A program made the position numbers and the translations under genes. A stretch of DNA of 64,000 nucleotides, from positions 1 through 64,000 of the forward strand of contig JAVVGF010000001.1 in assembly GCA_032249235.1 (NCBI GenBank). Reading direction: 5' to 3'. The DNA comes from Thermoproteota archaeon (lineage in GTDB: Archaea > Thermoproteota > Thermoprotei > Gearchaeales > Gearchaeaceae). This document shows positions 40,431 to 50,352 of this stretch, piece after piece. A model generated the notes under the pieces. It had not been told where the DNA came from. It did not search any database and saw only the letters and a program-made list of their open reading frames with translations. The stretch's first letter is position 1. Each line of letters starts with the position of its first letter.

Positions 40431-40504
40431 AGCGCCGTGGTGTAGCTGGTCAAGCATGTAGGGCTTTGGACCCTGAGACCCAGGTTCGAATCCTGGCGGC
40501 GCTA
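40431..40504 (+). tRNA. tRNA-Gln(TTG)
   Basis: Acceptor AGCGCCG/CGGCGCT (archaeal A1-U72), anticodon loop CTTTGGA, GGTTCGAATCC. Confidence 0.96.
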
Positions 40505-42175
40505 TTTGCGAAGGTATTTTCCTTTGAGTTGATTTAATAAGCTGTCAATTTTTGTTTTAGATTCTTTAAGAGTTTTTGAATGAATCTCTACCATTCTTTT
40601 ATACATTTCGGGCTGTATTTTCTTCATCTTATGTGAATTTCTTGTCTCCTTTAGTGCATTTCGGGCTTTTACTAATTTTGAATATTCAAGGTTGATACCT
40701 GATATGATAGATTTTGTCTCTGGATATTTTGTAATCAAGAAATTAGAAATCTTTTTTAGTTCGTTTTCCTTATTTTCGATTTCTCTTCTTAGATTATTCA
40801 GCCTTGCTGTATAATCATGTTTCTTTATTAATCCTTTATCTAATCGTAAGTCGAGTTGTTCAATTTCTTCATAATCTAATATCAAACTTTCAATAAGATT
40901 TATGAATTTAGGAATTTCAGGAATTGCGACTATCTTTTCTAATACAGGCCTTCTGCTATATCTAGTATATATAAAGACAAAAAATAATAGAATTATTATA
41001 ATTACTAATATTTGATTAACTGAGTTCAAAGAATATATGAAAGGATTTATTGTTGTTTTTAGTGATATATTAAAATTATAATTAGGATAAACATTAGATA
41101 AATAATATATATACTCGTTTCCGTCTTGCTGTGTTACTAATTTATCTGGAATAGGATACAATTCTGCATTAACCAAGTATTTGATAGTTATAATTAGCGT
41201 GAAATTATCTATGATATAAAAGTTGGATTGTAAAGGATTAAATGATAAGTTTATCTGTTGTTGATTTCCGTTTACACTTCCTATTTTGTTAATATCTATT
41301 TCGCTTGTGATTATAATTTTTGCTTTTGTATAGTTCAAGTAAGCGTTAGCATAAATAGTGCTAAAAAGAGGATATCTTAATGAAACCGCGTTGTTAGTAT
41401 AGCTGAGATCTCCAAAATCATCTCTCACAGAGATTATACTTGCATCAGGTAAGATATATGGGATCCATGTTCTTACAGTTTGATTAAAACCTATGTATTC
41501 AATGATAAAAGTATCTATTATCTTTACCTTTTCCAAGTTATCTATTATTATGTTTCTAGTTAAGCTGTTTATTTTTACCCAAGGTAGATCATTTGGAGGG
41601 TTGAAGGAAAGTGTAAAAAGTGTTGTATTATATGGGGATAATGCCGTTGAATTATAATAGATATAGTAAGTACCGTTTTCATATTTTTGAATTGCATTTT
41701 TAGGTGATGATATTATAATGTTTGTTGGTGGGAAAGAAAATTTGACCTTTGTTGTTACAGTTGAAATAGGTAAGTCTGTCATAAGATAAGCGAACATATC
41801 CGTTTTTACACCTGACTGTATTTGATTAAAAATTCTCTGATCATATACCCTAGTTATCGTGATGTTTCCTTCAAAACCATTTATAGGAATTCTGAACCCG
41901 AGATAGTCATCTTTAATCGCTCCCCATTGAATTGGATATTTAGGGTTTGTCTGTAAAGAATAAAGAGATTTGTATTCTTCTGGCGTTAAATAAATTGTTA
42001 AATTAGAAATTTGTCCTTTTATTTCTACATTATCTTGAACAATAATAAATCCTGGGAAGATCTGAATGTATCTGTTCACTTTCAATTGGTTTTGTTGTTC
42101 AGCAGCAACTGTGATGATACAAATCGATAATACTATTAGAGTGAGTAACAAAGTTGCAATGCTTTTTCTTTGCAT
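40502..42175 (-). CDS. Type I membrane protein resembling ribophorin I (OST1/RPN1)
   Basis: Signal peptide, beta-rich ectodomain with INSLTRNIII..VKIIDTF and VRDDFGDL..LRYPLF, one TM helix, helical cytoplasmic tail. Confidence 0.65.
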   Translation of the reverse strand: MQRKSIATLLLTLIVLSICIITVAAEQQNQLKVNRYIQIFPGFIIVQDNVEIKGQISNLTIYLTPEEYKSLYSLQTNPKYPIQWGAIKDDYLGFRIPINGFEGNITITRVYDQRIFNQIQSGVKTDMFAYLMTDLPISTVTTKVKFSFPPTNIIISSPKNAIQKYENGTYYIYYNSTALSPYNTTLFTLSFNPPNDLPWVKINSLTRNIIIDNLEKVKIIDTFIIEYIGFNQTVRTWIPYILPDASIISVRDDFGDLSYTNNAVSLRYPLFSTIYANAYLNYTKAKIIITSEIDINKIGSVNGNQQQINLSFNPLQSNFYIIDNFTLIITIKYLVNAELYPIPDKLVTQQDGNEYIYYLSNVYPNYNFNISLKTTINPFIYSLNSVNQILVIIIILLFFVFIYTRYSRRPVLEKIVAIPEIPKFINLIESLILDYEEIEQLDLRLDKGLIKKHDYTARLNNLRREIENKENELKKISNFLITKYPETKSIISGINLEYSKLVKARNALKETRNSHKMKKIQPEMYKRMVEIHSKTLKESKTKIDSLLNQLKGKYLRK

Positions 42176-42234
42176 AATCGTTCTTTACTTATAAGGTTAA
42201 ATAAATATTAAATCTTTATTCGACATTAAGAAAT

Positions 42235-43530
42235 ATGACTAGCCTAATAGACACGGTTCCTGAAGAAGTGAAACTTAAGCATAAGGTGGCACTTCCTGAA
42301 GGGATGGGCGAATTTTATTCTTTAAAATTCATCGAAGAAAAGCTTAGCAAGAATAGAATATTTCCTCCAGAAAGGATATTCAGTCCAGATCCTCCCTTTT
42401 TTTCATTCATACCGTCTGCAGTAGATTATGTTTCGTTAAGTAGTGAATTACTTACAGCTTATACACCTTATCAGCCCGAAGTTTCTCAAGGTCTTTTACA
42501 GATTCTTTTTGAATATCAAAGCATGATATGTGAACTGACTGGAATGGATGTTTCAAATGCTTCTCTTTATGATCATTCTACAGCTTTATGCGAAGCTATA
42601 AGAATGGCATTGAAGTATACAGAAAGGAACAAGGTTTTGTTACCTAAATATATGAGGAGGGAAAGAAAGTTAGTCGTTAAAAGTTATATGGAGACGATAG
42701 GTGTAGAATTATACGAATATAAGATTGAAAAAGAAACAGGAAAGATCGATCTTTCAGATATAGAAAATAATTTAAAAAATGCAGCATGTATTTATGTTGA
42801 AAATCCTTCTTATTTCGGCATTATCGATGATAATCTTCCTAAACTTTCCGACATAGTTCATAAAAATGACTCACTTTTCATAGTAGGAGTAGAACCAATA
42901 TCTTTAGGCATAATAAGAGAACCGGGTTCTTATCAAGCAGATATAGTTGTGGGCGATGCTCAACATTTAGCCATACATCCTTTTTATGGGGGGCCTTCTT
43001 TGGGTATAATTGCTTGTAGGGAAGAATTGAAGTTGATTCATCTAATGCCTGGAAGAATAGTAGGATGCACAACAACTTTAGATGGTTCAGAACTCGGTTT
43101 TTCATTAGTGCTACAAGCAAGAGAGCAACATATTAAGAGGGAGAAAGCTACTTCTAATATAACTACAAATCAGTCATGGTTAGCAGTAAGGGCAGCCATA
43201 TATTTAGCTTTGTTAGGTAAAGAAGGATTAAAAAGGCTAGCCGCAAGAATATTACTCAATACACAAAGACTGAAAAAGGTATTAGAAGATTTTGGTTTCA
43301 TATCCAAATTTCCTCGTGCTTTGCATTTTAGGAACTTACTTATGAGCAAAGAGGAAATTCATAAAATTCAAAACGAGATGTTGAAAAAGGGCTATTTCTT
43401 TGGTAAATTATTGAGCAGTGAATTTGAAGGTTTCGAGAATTCAATATTGCTAGGAGTAAGCGAGTATCAAGATTCAAAATCTTTTGAAGAATTAAGAAAT
43501 GCATTATTAGAGGTGACTAGAAATGTATAA
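42235..43530 (+). CDS. gcvPA: Glycine dehydrogenase subunit 1
   Basis: TAYTPYQPEVSQG, NASLYD and REQHIKREKATSNI motifs. Confidence 0.93.
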   Translation: MTSLIDTVPEEVKLKHKVALPEGMGEFYSLKFIEEKLSKNRIFPPERIFSPDPPFFSFIPSAVDYVSLSSELLTAYTPYQPEVSQGLLQILFEYQSMICELTGMDVSNASLYDHSTALCEAIRMALKYTERNKVLLPKYMRRERKLVVKSYMETIGVELYEYKIEKETGKIDLSDIENNLKNAACIYVENPSYFGIIDDNLPKLSDIVHKNDSLFIVGVEPISLGIIREPGSYQADIVVGDAQHLAIHPFYGGPSLGIIACREELKLIHLMPGRIVGCTTTLDGSELGFSLVLQAREQHIKREKATSNITTNQSWLAVRAAIYLALLGKEGLKRLAARILLNTQRLKKVLEDFGFISKFPRALHFRNLLMSKEEIHKIQNEMLKKGYFFGKLLSSEFEGFENSILLGVSEYQDSKSFEELRNALLEVTRNV

Positions 43531-45064
43531 TCAAGCTAAGTATAGAGAAAGATTAGTATTCCAATACGAGGATGTTCGAAGTGATCATGCTTACTGGGTC
43601 AATGATGAAGAATTAAGTAAAGCATTATCTTTAATTCCAGAAACGATGAGAAGAAAAGAAGATCCAAACATACCTAATCTTCCTGAGAATTTAGTTGTTA
43701 GACATTATACTAGGTTAGCTAGGATGAATCATGCAATAGATATTTCAACATATCCTTTAGGTTCATGCACTATGAAATATAATCTTAAAAGCATGGAAAG
43801 GCTTGCAACAATTAAAGAGATCGCATTATTACATGATAGTTATCCTGAAGAGTATTGTCAAGGTATTCTTGAGCTTCTTTATTTGCTTGAACAATACTTA
43901 TGCGAAATAACAGGCATGGATAAGTTTTCCTTCCAGCCTTCTGCGGGTGCTCATGGGGAGCTGACTGGTGTATTCATTATTAAGAAATATCACGAAGTAA
44001 ACGGCCAAAAGGATTTAAAAAATGAAATTATCGTGCCAGACTCTGCACACGGTACAAATCCTGCAAGCGCAGCTATGGCAGGATTCAAAGTTGTAGAGGT
44101 TAAATCTAATAAAGAAGGAACTGTAGATATTGAGGATTTGAAATCTAAGGTTTCGAAAAGGACTGCAGGTTTAATGTTAACAAATCCTAACACTTTAGGC
44201 TTATTTGAAAAAGATGTACTCGAGATATCTAAAATAATACACGAAGTTGGAGGATTGCTTTATTATGATGGAGCTAATCTAAATGGTATTTTATGCTATG
44301 CAAGACCTGGCGATATGGGCTTTGATATTGCTCATTTAAATCTCCATAAAACATTTGGTACTCCACATGGTGGAGGAGGTCCTGGTGCGGGTCCATTAGG
44401 TGTTAAATCTTTTCTCAAAGAATTCCTTCCAGTTCCTATAATTGAGAAAAAAGAAAATAAATACGTTCTTAATTATGATCTTAAGTATAGTATAGGGAGA
44501 GTTAAAGAGGGTTTTGGAAATACCCTAGTTCTTTTGAAAGCCTTGCTATATATTTTAACTAAGGGTTATGAAGGATTAAAGGAAGCAAGAGAAAAAGCAG
44601 TAAGGAATACAAGATATTTCCTAGAACAAATGCAAGGTATTGAAGAGATTTCTTTAACACATAATCCTAAGCTTATGAGATATCATGAATGCTTATTGAG
44701 TGCTTCTGTATTAAAGAAAAAAACAGGCATAGATGCAAAAGATATAGCGAAAAGAATTTTTGATTATGGTTTTCATCCTCCCATGATTTACTTCCCATTG
44801 ATCGTAGATGAAGCATTGTTAATAGAATTTACAGAAGATGAGACTGAAGAAAATATAAAACAATATGCTCAAGTTCTTAAAAGAATAATACGCGAAGCAT
44901 ACGAGAATCCTTCTATTTTAAAAAGCGCTCCGCATAAAACAGCTATTGGCAGATTAGATGAAGTAAAAGCTTCACATCCTAGAACTTTAACATTGTCATG
45001 GAAAAAAGCTAAAGAAAGATATGATGAACTTTTGAAAAAACTAGCTAATTATTCTGCCGATTAA
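43523..45064 (+). CDS. gcvPB: Glycine dehydrogenase subunit 2
   Basis: PLGSCTMKYN, SAHGTNPASA and NLHKTFGTPHGGGGPG motifs. Confidence 0.95.
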   Translation: MYNQAKYRERLVFQYEDVRSDHAYWVNDEELSKALSLIPETMRRKEDPNIPNLPENLVVRHYTRLARMNHAIDISTYPLGSCTMKYNLKSMERLATIKEIALLHDSYPEEYCQGILELLYLLEQYLCEITGMDKFSFQPSAGAHGELTGVFIIKKYHEVNGQKDLKNEIIVPDSAHGTNPASAAMAGFKVVEVKSNKEGTVDIEDLKSKVSKRTAGLMLTNPNTLGLFEKDVLEISKIIHEVGGLLYYDGANLNGILCYARPGDMGFDIAHLNLHKTFGTPHGGGGPGAGPLGVKSFLKEFLPVPIIEKKENKYVLNYDLKYSIGRVKEGFGNTLVLLKALLYILTKGYEGLKEAREKAVRNTRYFLEQMQGIEEISLTHNPKLMRYHECLLSASVLKKKTGIDAKDIAKRIFDYGFHPPMIYFPLIVDEALLIEFTEDETEENIKQYAQVLKRIIREAYENPSILKSAPHKTAIGRLDEVKASHPRTLTLSWKKAKERYDELLKKLANYSAD

Positions 45065-46333
45065 ATAATGCGGAGTTGCTTCTTCAATTAATGATTCTTT
45101 GAATTTACCTATCAGGCTATTATCTTCAGTTTTTATAATCACACATCTGTAATCTTGAGCTCTTGCTTCTAAAAATCCTTTTTCTCCTTTTCCTGTAATT
45201 AAGACTTTGAGAATTTTTCCTATAAACTTTTCATTCTTCTTAAGAGTTATTTCATCGCATATCTTTACGAGCTCTTTCGATCTTCTTTTCTTAATTGAAT
45301 CGGGTAGTTGAATTAATGAAGCAGCTTTAGTCAAAGGTCTCTGTGAATATTGGGCAACATGAACCTTGTCGAACTCAATTTCTTTAATTAATTTAATTGT
45401 GTTCTCGAATGCTTCTTCATCTTCACCTGGATATCCTACAATTATATCGGTTGCTATGAACAAATCTGGATGTTCGCTTCTCAGATCTTTTATGAAATCT
45501 TTAAATTCTTTTACTGTATGCATTCTTTGCATATCTTTCAATATTCTATCATCGCCGCTTTGAACAGGAACATGACAGAATTTGTATACGTGTTCATCAT
45601 GATATAGTTTCTTTAGTCCATTAACTATCCTAAAACCGAACCATGGAGTAAACATTCCTATTCTTATTCTATATTCTCCTTTAATCTCTAACAAGCTTTC
45701 AACAAGCTCAATCAAGTTAGTATTAATATCTAAGCCATATACAGCGGTATCTTGGGCAGTTAGATATATCTCTTTAGCTCCTCTTTCAATTGCATCCTTA
45801 AAAGCTTCCTTAATCAGAGAAGGTCTATAACTATAAAGAGTTCCTCTAGTATATTTTACAGCACAGAATGAACATGAGCCTAAACAGCCTGATGCAATAG
45901 GTAATTCATATGGACCTTTACCATCATAACTAGGTATAATTTCATAAGTTCTATCGCTTCCTCCTATGAATAAATTACTTTCTATTTTGTCTTTAGTAAT
46001 TATAATAGGTATCTCCTTTATTAATGAGGGCGTTACAAATATTGCATTTTTGTTCACATTGTATAGCTTGAATGGATTAAGCTTAACCATGCAACCAGTA
46101 ACTATGATCTTAGCGTTGTTTTTTTCAGCAATTTTAGAATATTTCTCTAAAGCGTGAATGGCTTTTAATTCTGATTCATATCTTACTGCACAAGTGTTGA
46201 TTATGATCAAATTAGCTTCTTCAGGATTTTCTGTTTTAATAAATGATAGTGAATCTAAGGATTGAGAAATGAACCTACTATCAGCTTCATTAAACGTGCA
46301 TCCATATGTTTCAATAAAGTACTTGAGTTGCAT
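45041..46333 (-). CDS. tRNA t6A37 methylthiotransferase (MiaB-like, archaeal e-MtaB)
   Basis: ETYGC..N, NTCAV and GCLGSCSFC motifs; C-terminal TRAM domain. Confidence 0.9.
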   Translation of the reverse strand: MQLKYFIETYGCTFNEADSRFISQSLDSLSFIKTENPEEANLIIINTCAVRYESELKAIHALEKYSKIAEKNNAKIIVTGCMVKLNPFKLYNVNKNAIFVTPSLIKEIPIIITKDKIESNLFIGGSDRTYEIIPSYDGKGPYELPIASGCLGSCSFCAVKYTRGTLYSYRPSLIKEAFKDAIERGAKEIYLTAQDTAVYGLDINTNLIELVESLLEIKGEYRIRIGMFTPWFGFRIVNGLKKLYHDEHVYKFCHVPVQSGDDRILKDMQRMHTVKEFKDFIKDLRSEHPDLFIATDIIVGYPGEDEEAFENTIKLIKEIEFDKVHVAQYSQRPLTKAASLIQLPDSIKKRRSKELVKICDEITLKKNEKFIGKILKVLITGKGEKGFLEARAQDYRCVIIKTEDNSLIGKFKESLIEEATPHYLIGRIIS

Positions 46334-46359
46334 CAGATTAAATTAACTTAAATCCTTTA

Positions 46360-48027
46360 TTAAATACTTACTCTTCTAATTTCTCTCAATTTGTTTTCTA
46401 TTTCCTCGATTGAATATTTCCTGAAAATGATCTTAGGTTCTGAAATTTTATGTTCCTCTTTGAAAGGATCATAGAAAGCATCTTCCCATTTTATAGCTAG
46501 AGGCAAATTAAGCATTCTTCTTATTTCTTCACATTTCTTAGGCATAATGGGATGAAGAACGATACTCAACACATGAAGTATGCGTGCTAATACATATATT
46601 ATGCGAGCTGTTTCTTCTTTGTTCGTCTTAATTTTTTCCCATGGCTTTTTTTCATTGAAAAACCAATTACCTATTCTAGCTATTTCCATTGCTGAATTCA
46701 GTGCATTCCTTAATTTTACTTCTTTAAAGCTCGCGTCTATTTCCTTTATTAGGTTTTCAACTTTATTCAGGATTTCTTTTTCTTCATCTTTCAATTCTTT
46801 CGGTTTTGAAATAGAATAGTTAAAGTAGTTTTTAACGAATGTTAACACCCTGTAAATTAAATTACCTAATGTATCATTAAGATGTGAATTGACAAGTTCT
46901 ACGAAAATCTTAATTGAGAATTCCGTATCCCTTTCTTCAGGTCTAAGATAAACTAATGTATATCTCCAATAATCAGGTTCAGCGATTTGTAAAGCTTCAT
47001 CTAGCCAAATACCTATGCCTTGACTTTTAGAGAACTTCTTACCTTCATATGTTAAGAATTCAGTTGCTGAAATTATATGCGGTAAGTTGTAATCTTCTCC
47101 TGAAGCCATCAATAAAGCTGGAAATATAACTGCATGGAATGGTATATTATCCTTTCCTATGAAATAATAAGTCAGCGCATTCTTATTGAACCAATATTCT
47201 TTCCATCTATCATCTCTGAAATATTCTATTGTCGCAGAAATGTAACCTAGTACTGCTTCAAACCATACATAAATTGTTTTATTTTCAAAGTTTTCAAACG
47301 GCGCAGGAATTCCCCATTTGTTATCTCTAGTTAAAGCCCTTGCTCTAAATTCATCTTTAATGTATCCGAGGCTTATTGTTTTGATTCTTTTATCGAAATA
47401 AGGATTGTTATTAATGTATTCTATAACTTTATCTCTAAGCTTAGGAAAATCGATGAAACAATGTTCTGTTTCTCTTTTTGAAGGTGGTCTTCCGCATACT
47501 ACGCATTTAGGATTTATAAGTTGGGTAGGTTCCAATAGATTTCCACAATTTTCGCATTGATCTCCTCTAGCTTTCTCATAGTTGCATATAGGGCATGTAC
47601 CGATTACGAATCTATCTGGCAAAAATATTTTATCGTTTTCGCAATAAAGTTGCGTTACTTTTTCAAAGAAGGTAAAACCGTTTTTATGAACTTTTCTATA
47701 AAATTCTCTCACGAATTCTTTATGAACTTCACTTTCTGTTCTTGTATAGTTACTAAAAGAGATTTCAAAATCTTCGAAAATTTTCTTTATTTTAGCATGC
47801 ATTTCATCAGTAAGCTCTTTTGGCTTTTTATTCCTTTGAATTGCTTCAACTTCTATTGGTGTACCATGTTCATCAGAGCCGCTTACGAATACAACATCAT
47901 CTCCTTTGAGTCTGTGATATCTTGCTATAACGTCTGCAGAAAGTACTGAACCTATTAGGTTACCTAGATGGGGTATCGAATATGCATAAGGCCAAGCACA
48001 TGTAACGAGTACTTTTAGAGAGACCAC
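46360..48027 (-). CDS. metG: Methionine--tRNA ligase
   Basis: PHLGN, SDEHG, Zn knuckles, GKDNIPFH and KFSKS motifs. Confidence 0.96.
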   Translation of the reverse strand: MVSLKVLVTCAWPYAYSIPHLGNLIGSVLSADVIARYHRLKGDDVVFVSGSDEHGTPIEVEAIQRNKKPKELTDEMHAKIKKIFEDFEISFSNYTRTESEVHKEFVREFYRKVHKNGFTFFEKVTQLYCENDKIFLPDRFVIGTCPICNYEKARGDQCENCGNLLEPTQLINPKCVVCGRPPSKRETEHCFIDFPKLRDKVIEYINNNPYFDKRIKTISLGYIKDEFRARALTRDNKWGIPAPFENFENKTIYVWFEAVLGYISATIEYFRDDRWKEYWFNKNALTYYFIGKDNIPFHAVIFPALLMASGEDYNLPHIISATEFLTYEGKKFSKSQGIGIWLDEALQIAEPDYWRYTLVYLRPEERDTEFSIKIFVELVNSHLNDTLGNLIYRVLTFVKNYFNYSISKPKELKDEEKEILNKVENLIKEIDASFKEVKLRNALNSAMEIARIGNWFFNEKKPWEKIKTNKEETARIIYVLARILHVLSIVLHPIMPKKCEEIRRMLNLPLAIKWEDAFYDPFKEEHKISEPKIIFRKYSIEEIENKLREIRRVSI

Positions 48028-48072
48028 CTCTTCACTTTCTATATCTCATGAAGTATATGAGTTTTAGGAATT

Positions 48073-48879
48073 TTAGCAATTACATTTTTTATCTTCTCCT
48101 AATTTTGCAATTGCTCTAATAATCAAATTGTAAATTCTTTCTTCATTTTTCTTATAAACTTCTTTAACCTCTTCAAGCGAAACTCTTTCTTGCATACCTG
48201 CAGCGTAGTTCGTTATCAATGAAAGCGAGCTGTAACATAAGCCTATTTCTCTTGCAAGTATAACTTCTGGAACAAGCGTCATGCCTACTACATCTGCACC
48301 TATGTTGCGATAAAATTTGATCTCTGCAGGGGTTTCCAATCTAGGACCTTCGGTGCAAACATAACAAACTCCTGTCCGGATCTCATAATTAAACTCTTTT
48401 GCACTTTCTAGCAAGACGTTATTTATCTCAGCACAAAAAGGATTAGTCATATCGACATGTACAATTCTTGAAGAATCACCGAGTATTTCATCTTTTCCTC
48501 TATAAATTCCATCGAAGAAGCTATATTCGCGTCTTTTAGTCATATCTATGAACTGCGTTATTATTGCGAAGCTACCAATATTTAATTCCTTTTTTAATGC
48601 TCCGACAGAATTTATAGCTATTATTCTTCTAGCTCCTAGCTTTGCTAAGCCATAAATTAAGGCTCTTGAATTTATCCTATGCGGCGGTAATGCATGTTCA
48701 AAACTTTTACTTCCAGGTAATGCATGTCTATTAGTAAAAAGCACATCTTTTCCATTTATAGAATAAGTTGCAATTGGTTGAGAAATTCCAAATGGTGTAT
48801 CGACGTGCAATATTTTGCTTTCTGTCTTGAATAAATTCGCTATTCCTGAGCCACCGATTATCGCTATCTTTTTATCCAT
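48073..48879 (-). CDS. mtnP: Methylthioadenosine/purine nucleoside phosphorylase
   Basis: IIGGSG, TEGPRLETPAE, VGMT.VPE and TNYAAG motifs. Confidence 0.88.
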   Translation of the reverse strand: MDKKIAIIGGSGIANLFKTESKILHVDTPFGISQPIATYSINGKDVLFTNRHALPGSKSFEHALPPHRINSRALIYGLAKLGARRIIAINSVGALKKELNIGSFAIITQFIDMTKRREYSFFDGIYRGKDEILGDSSRIVHVDMTNPFCAEINNVLLESAKEFNYEIRTGVCYVCTEGPRLETPAEIKFYRNIGADVVGMTLVPEVILAREIGLCYSSLSLITNYAAGMQERVSLEEVKEVYKKNEERIYNLIIRAIAKLGEDKKCNC

Positions 48880-48912
48880 CTTATAAGAAATAGTTAAATA
48901 ACATAAAAGCTC

Positions 48913-49341
48913 ATGAAGAAACAGCTAAGCATTCCAACTTATGAAAAAATGTTAGAGCGATTGTACAGTATCATTGAAGTTAATCCAGAAAAATTTAAGG
49001 GATTTGAAGCTCCTATAGCTGAAATTCAAAACGTGAAGAATCGAACGATAATAACAAACTTTAGAGAAATAGCTTTAGAATTAAATAGGACGCCTGAAGA
49101 GCTTGCATCCTTCTTTTTCAAAGATCTATCTATAAATGGTATGATAGACGAAAATACAAAACAATTGATCCTTTTCGGTAAATTCACGTTTGAAAGAGTA
49201 AATATGAGTTTAAAGTTTTACATCAAGAAATATGTTATTTGTCCAATTTGTTCTAGTGTAGATACTGTTGTTGAAAAAAAAGGCAAGAATATGTTCTTAA
49301 GATGCTTAGCTTGTGGAGCTGTTAGCTCGATAATTGAGTAA
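48913..49341 (+). CDS. Translation initiation factor aIF2 beta
   Basis: YEKMLERLY, TIITNF and YVICPICSS.DT...CLACGA motifs. Confidence 0.92.
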   Translation: MKKQLSIPTYEKMLERLYSIIEVNPEKFKGFEAPIAEIQNVKNRTIITNFREIALELNRTPEELASFFFKDLSINGMIDENTKQLILFGKFTFERVNMSLKFYIKKYVICPICSSVDTVVEKKGKNMFLRCLACGAVSSIIE

Positions 49342-50018
49342 TGCTAATCTGTGCAGTTTGTGGTAGTTCTAATAAGAAAATCTCTTCAAGACGAGGCATT
49401 TGCATAGACTGCTACATAAAAGATGGCTTAATTGATCACATTAAACCGATAAAGTTAACTGTTTGTCCAAGATGTTATAGAATAAAAAAGCAGAGATGGA
49501 TTAGATTTCCAAGCTTTGAAGAACTGGAAGGCTTTTTAGAAGAAGATTTTAAAAATAAAATCGTAACTAAAGGAGGTGTTTTCATCGATGATATTCAAGT
49601 TTCTCTTTCTCCTAATTTACGTGAAGCAAAGGTCACTCTTGACCTTTATCTTGAAGATTATGGCGAAATTGCTGAAATTAATCTTGATTTGCCCATAATA
49701 TTGAATAAAACGTTATGTGAATCATGCCTTAGATTTAAAACTGAAAATTATGAAGCGTTAATTCAACTTAGAACTACCAACTCTAGGATGGTTAGTGAAT
49801 TCGAGAGTTTATTAGAAGCAATGGATCACGAAGATATCGAGACTTTAATTAAAAAAGTGAGGTTTTCTTATGGAATTGATGCATACTTTACTTCTTTAAG
49901 AGTGGCTAAGAGAGTGGCTAACGAATTTAGGAAGAAATATGGTTGTAAATATAAAGAAACCAAATCAATGGTTTCAGGAATGAAATATAGATACACACTT
50001 TTGCTTGATATGAGATGA
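49341..50018 (+). CDS. NMD3-family protein (short form)
   Basis: Four CxxC pairs and YEALIQLR motif; conserved context. Confidence 0.82.
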   Translation: MLICAVCGSSNKKISSRRGICIDCYIKDGLIDHIKPIKLTVCPRCYRIKKQRWIRFPSFEELEGFLEEDFKNKIVTKGGVFIDDIQVSLSPNLREAKVTLDLYLEDYGEIAEINLDLPIILNKTLCESCLRFKTENYEALIQLRTTNSRMVSEFESLLEAMDHEDIETLIKKVRFSYGIDAYFTSLRVAKRVANEFRKKYGCKYKETKSMVSGMKYRYTLLLDMR

Positions 50019-50052
50019 AATGATATATACCAATATATTTCAATATATCTTA

Positions 50053-50352
50053 ATGAGTAAAGAGGAATCAGGATCAGTTCGATTTCCTAAAGAAGGAGAG
50101 TTGCTAGGCGAAGTTATTCAATCTTTAGGATATGATAGAGTTAAAGTTAGATGTGAAGATAATGAAATAAGGATATGCAGGATTCCTGGTAAATTTAAAA
50201 AGAAAGAATGGCTTGAAGAAGGTGCGATAGTATTAGTTCTACCTTGGTATGGAATGCAAGAGAAGACAAGAGGCGATATCCTACATATATATAAAAGACA
50301 AGAACTCAAAGAATTAGAAAAGGCTGGTTATTTAAAAAGACTTAAAGGTTGA
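50053..50352 (+). CDS. Translation initiation factor aIF1A
   Basis: VRCEDNEIRICRIPGKFKK and RGDI motifs; start at the ATG at 50053. Confidence 0.93.
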   Translation: MSKEESGSVRFPKEGELLGEVIQSLGYDRVKVRCEDNEIRICRIPGKFKKKEWLEEGAIVLVLPWYGMQEKTRGDILHIYKRQELKELEKAGYLKRLKG

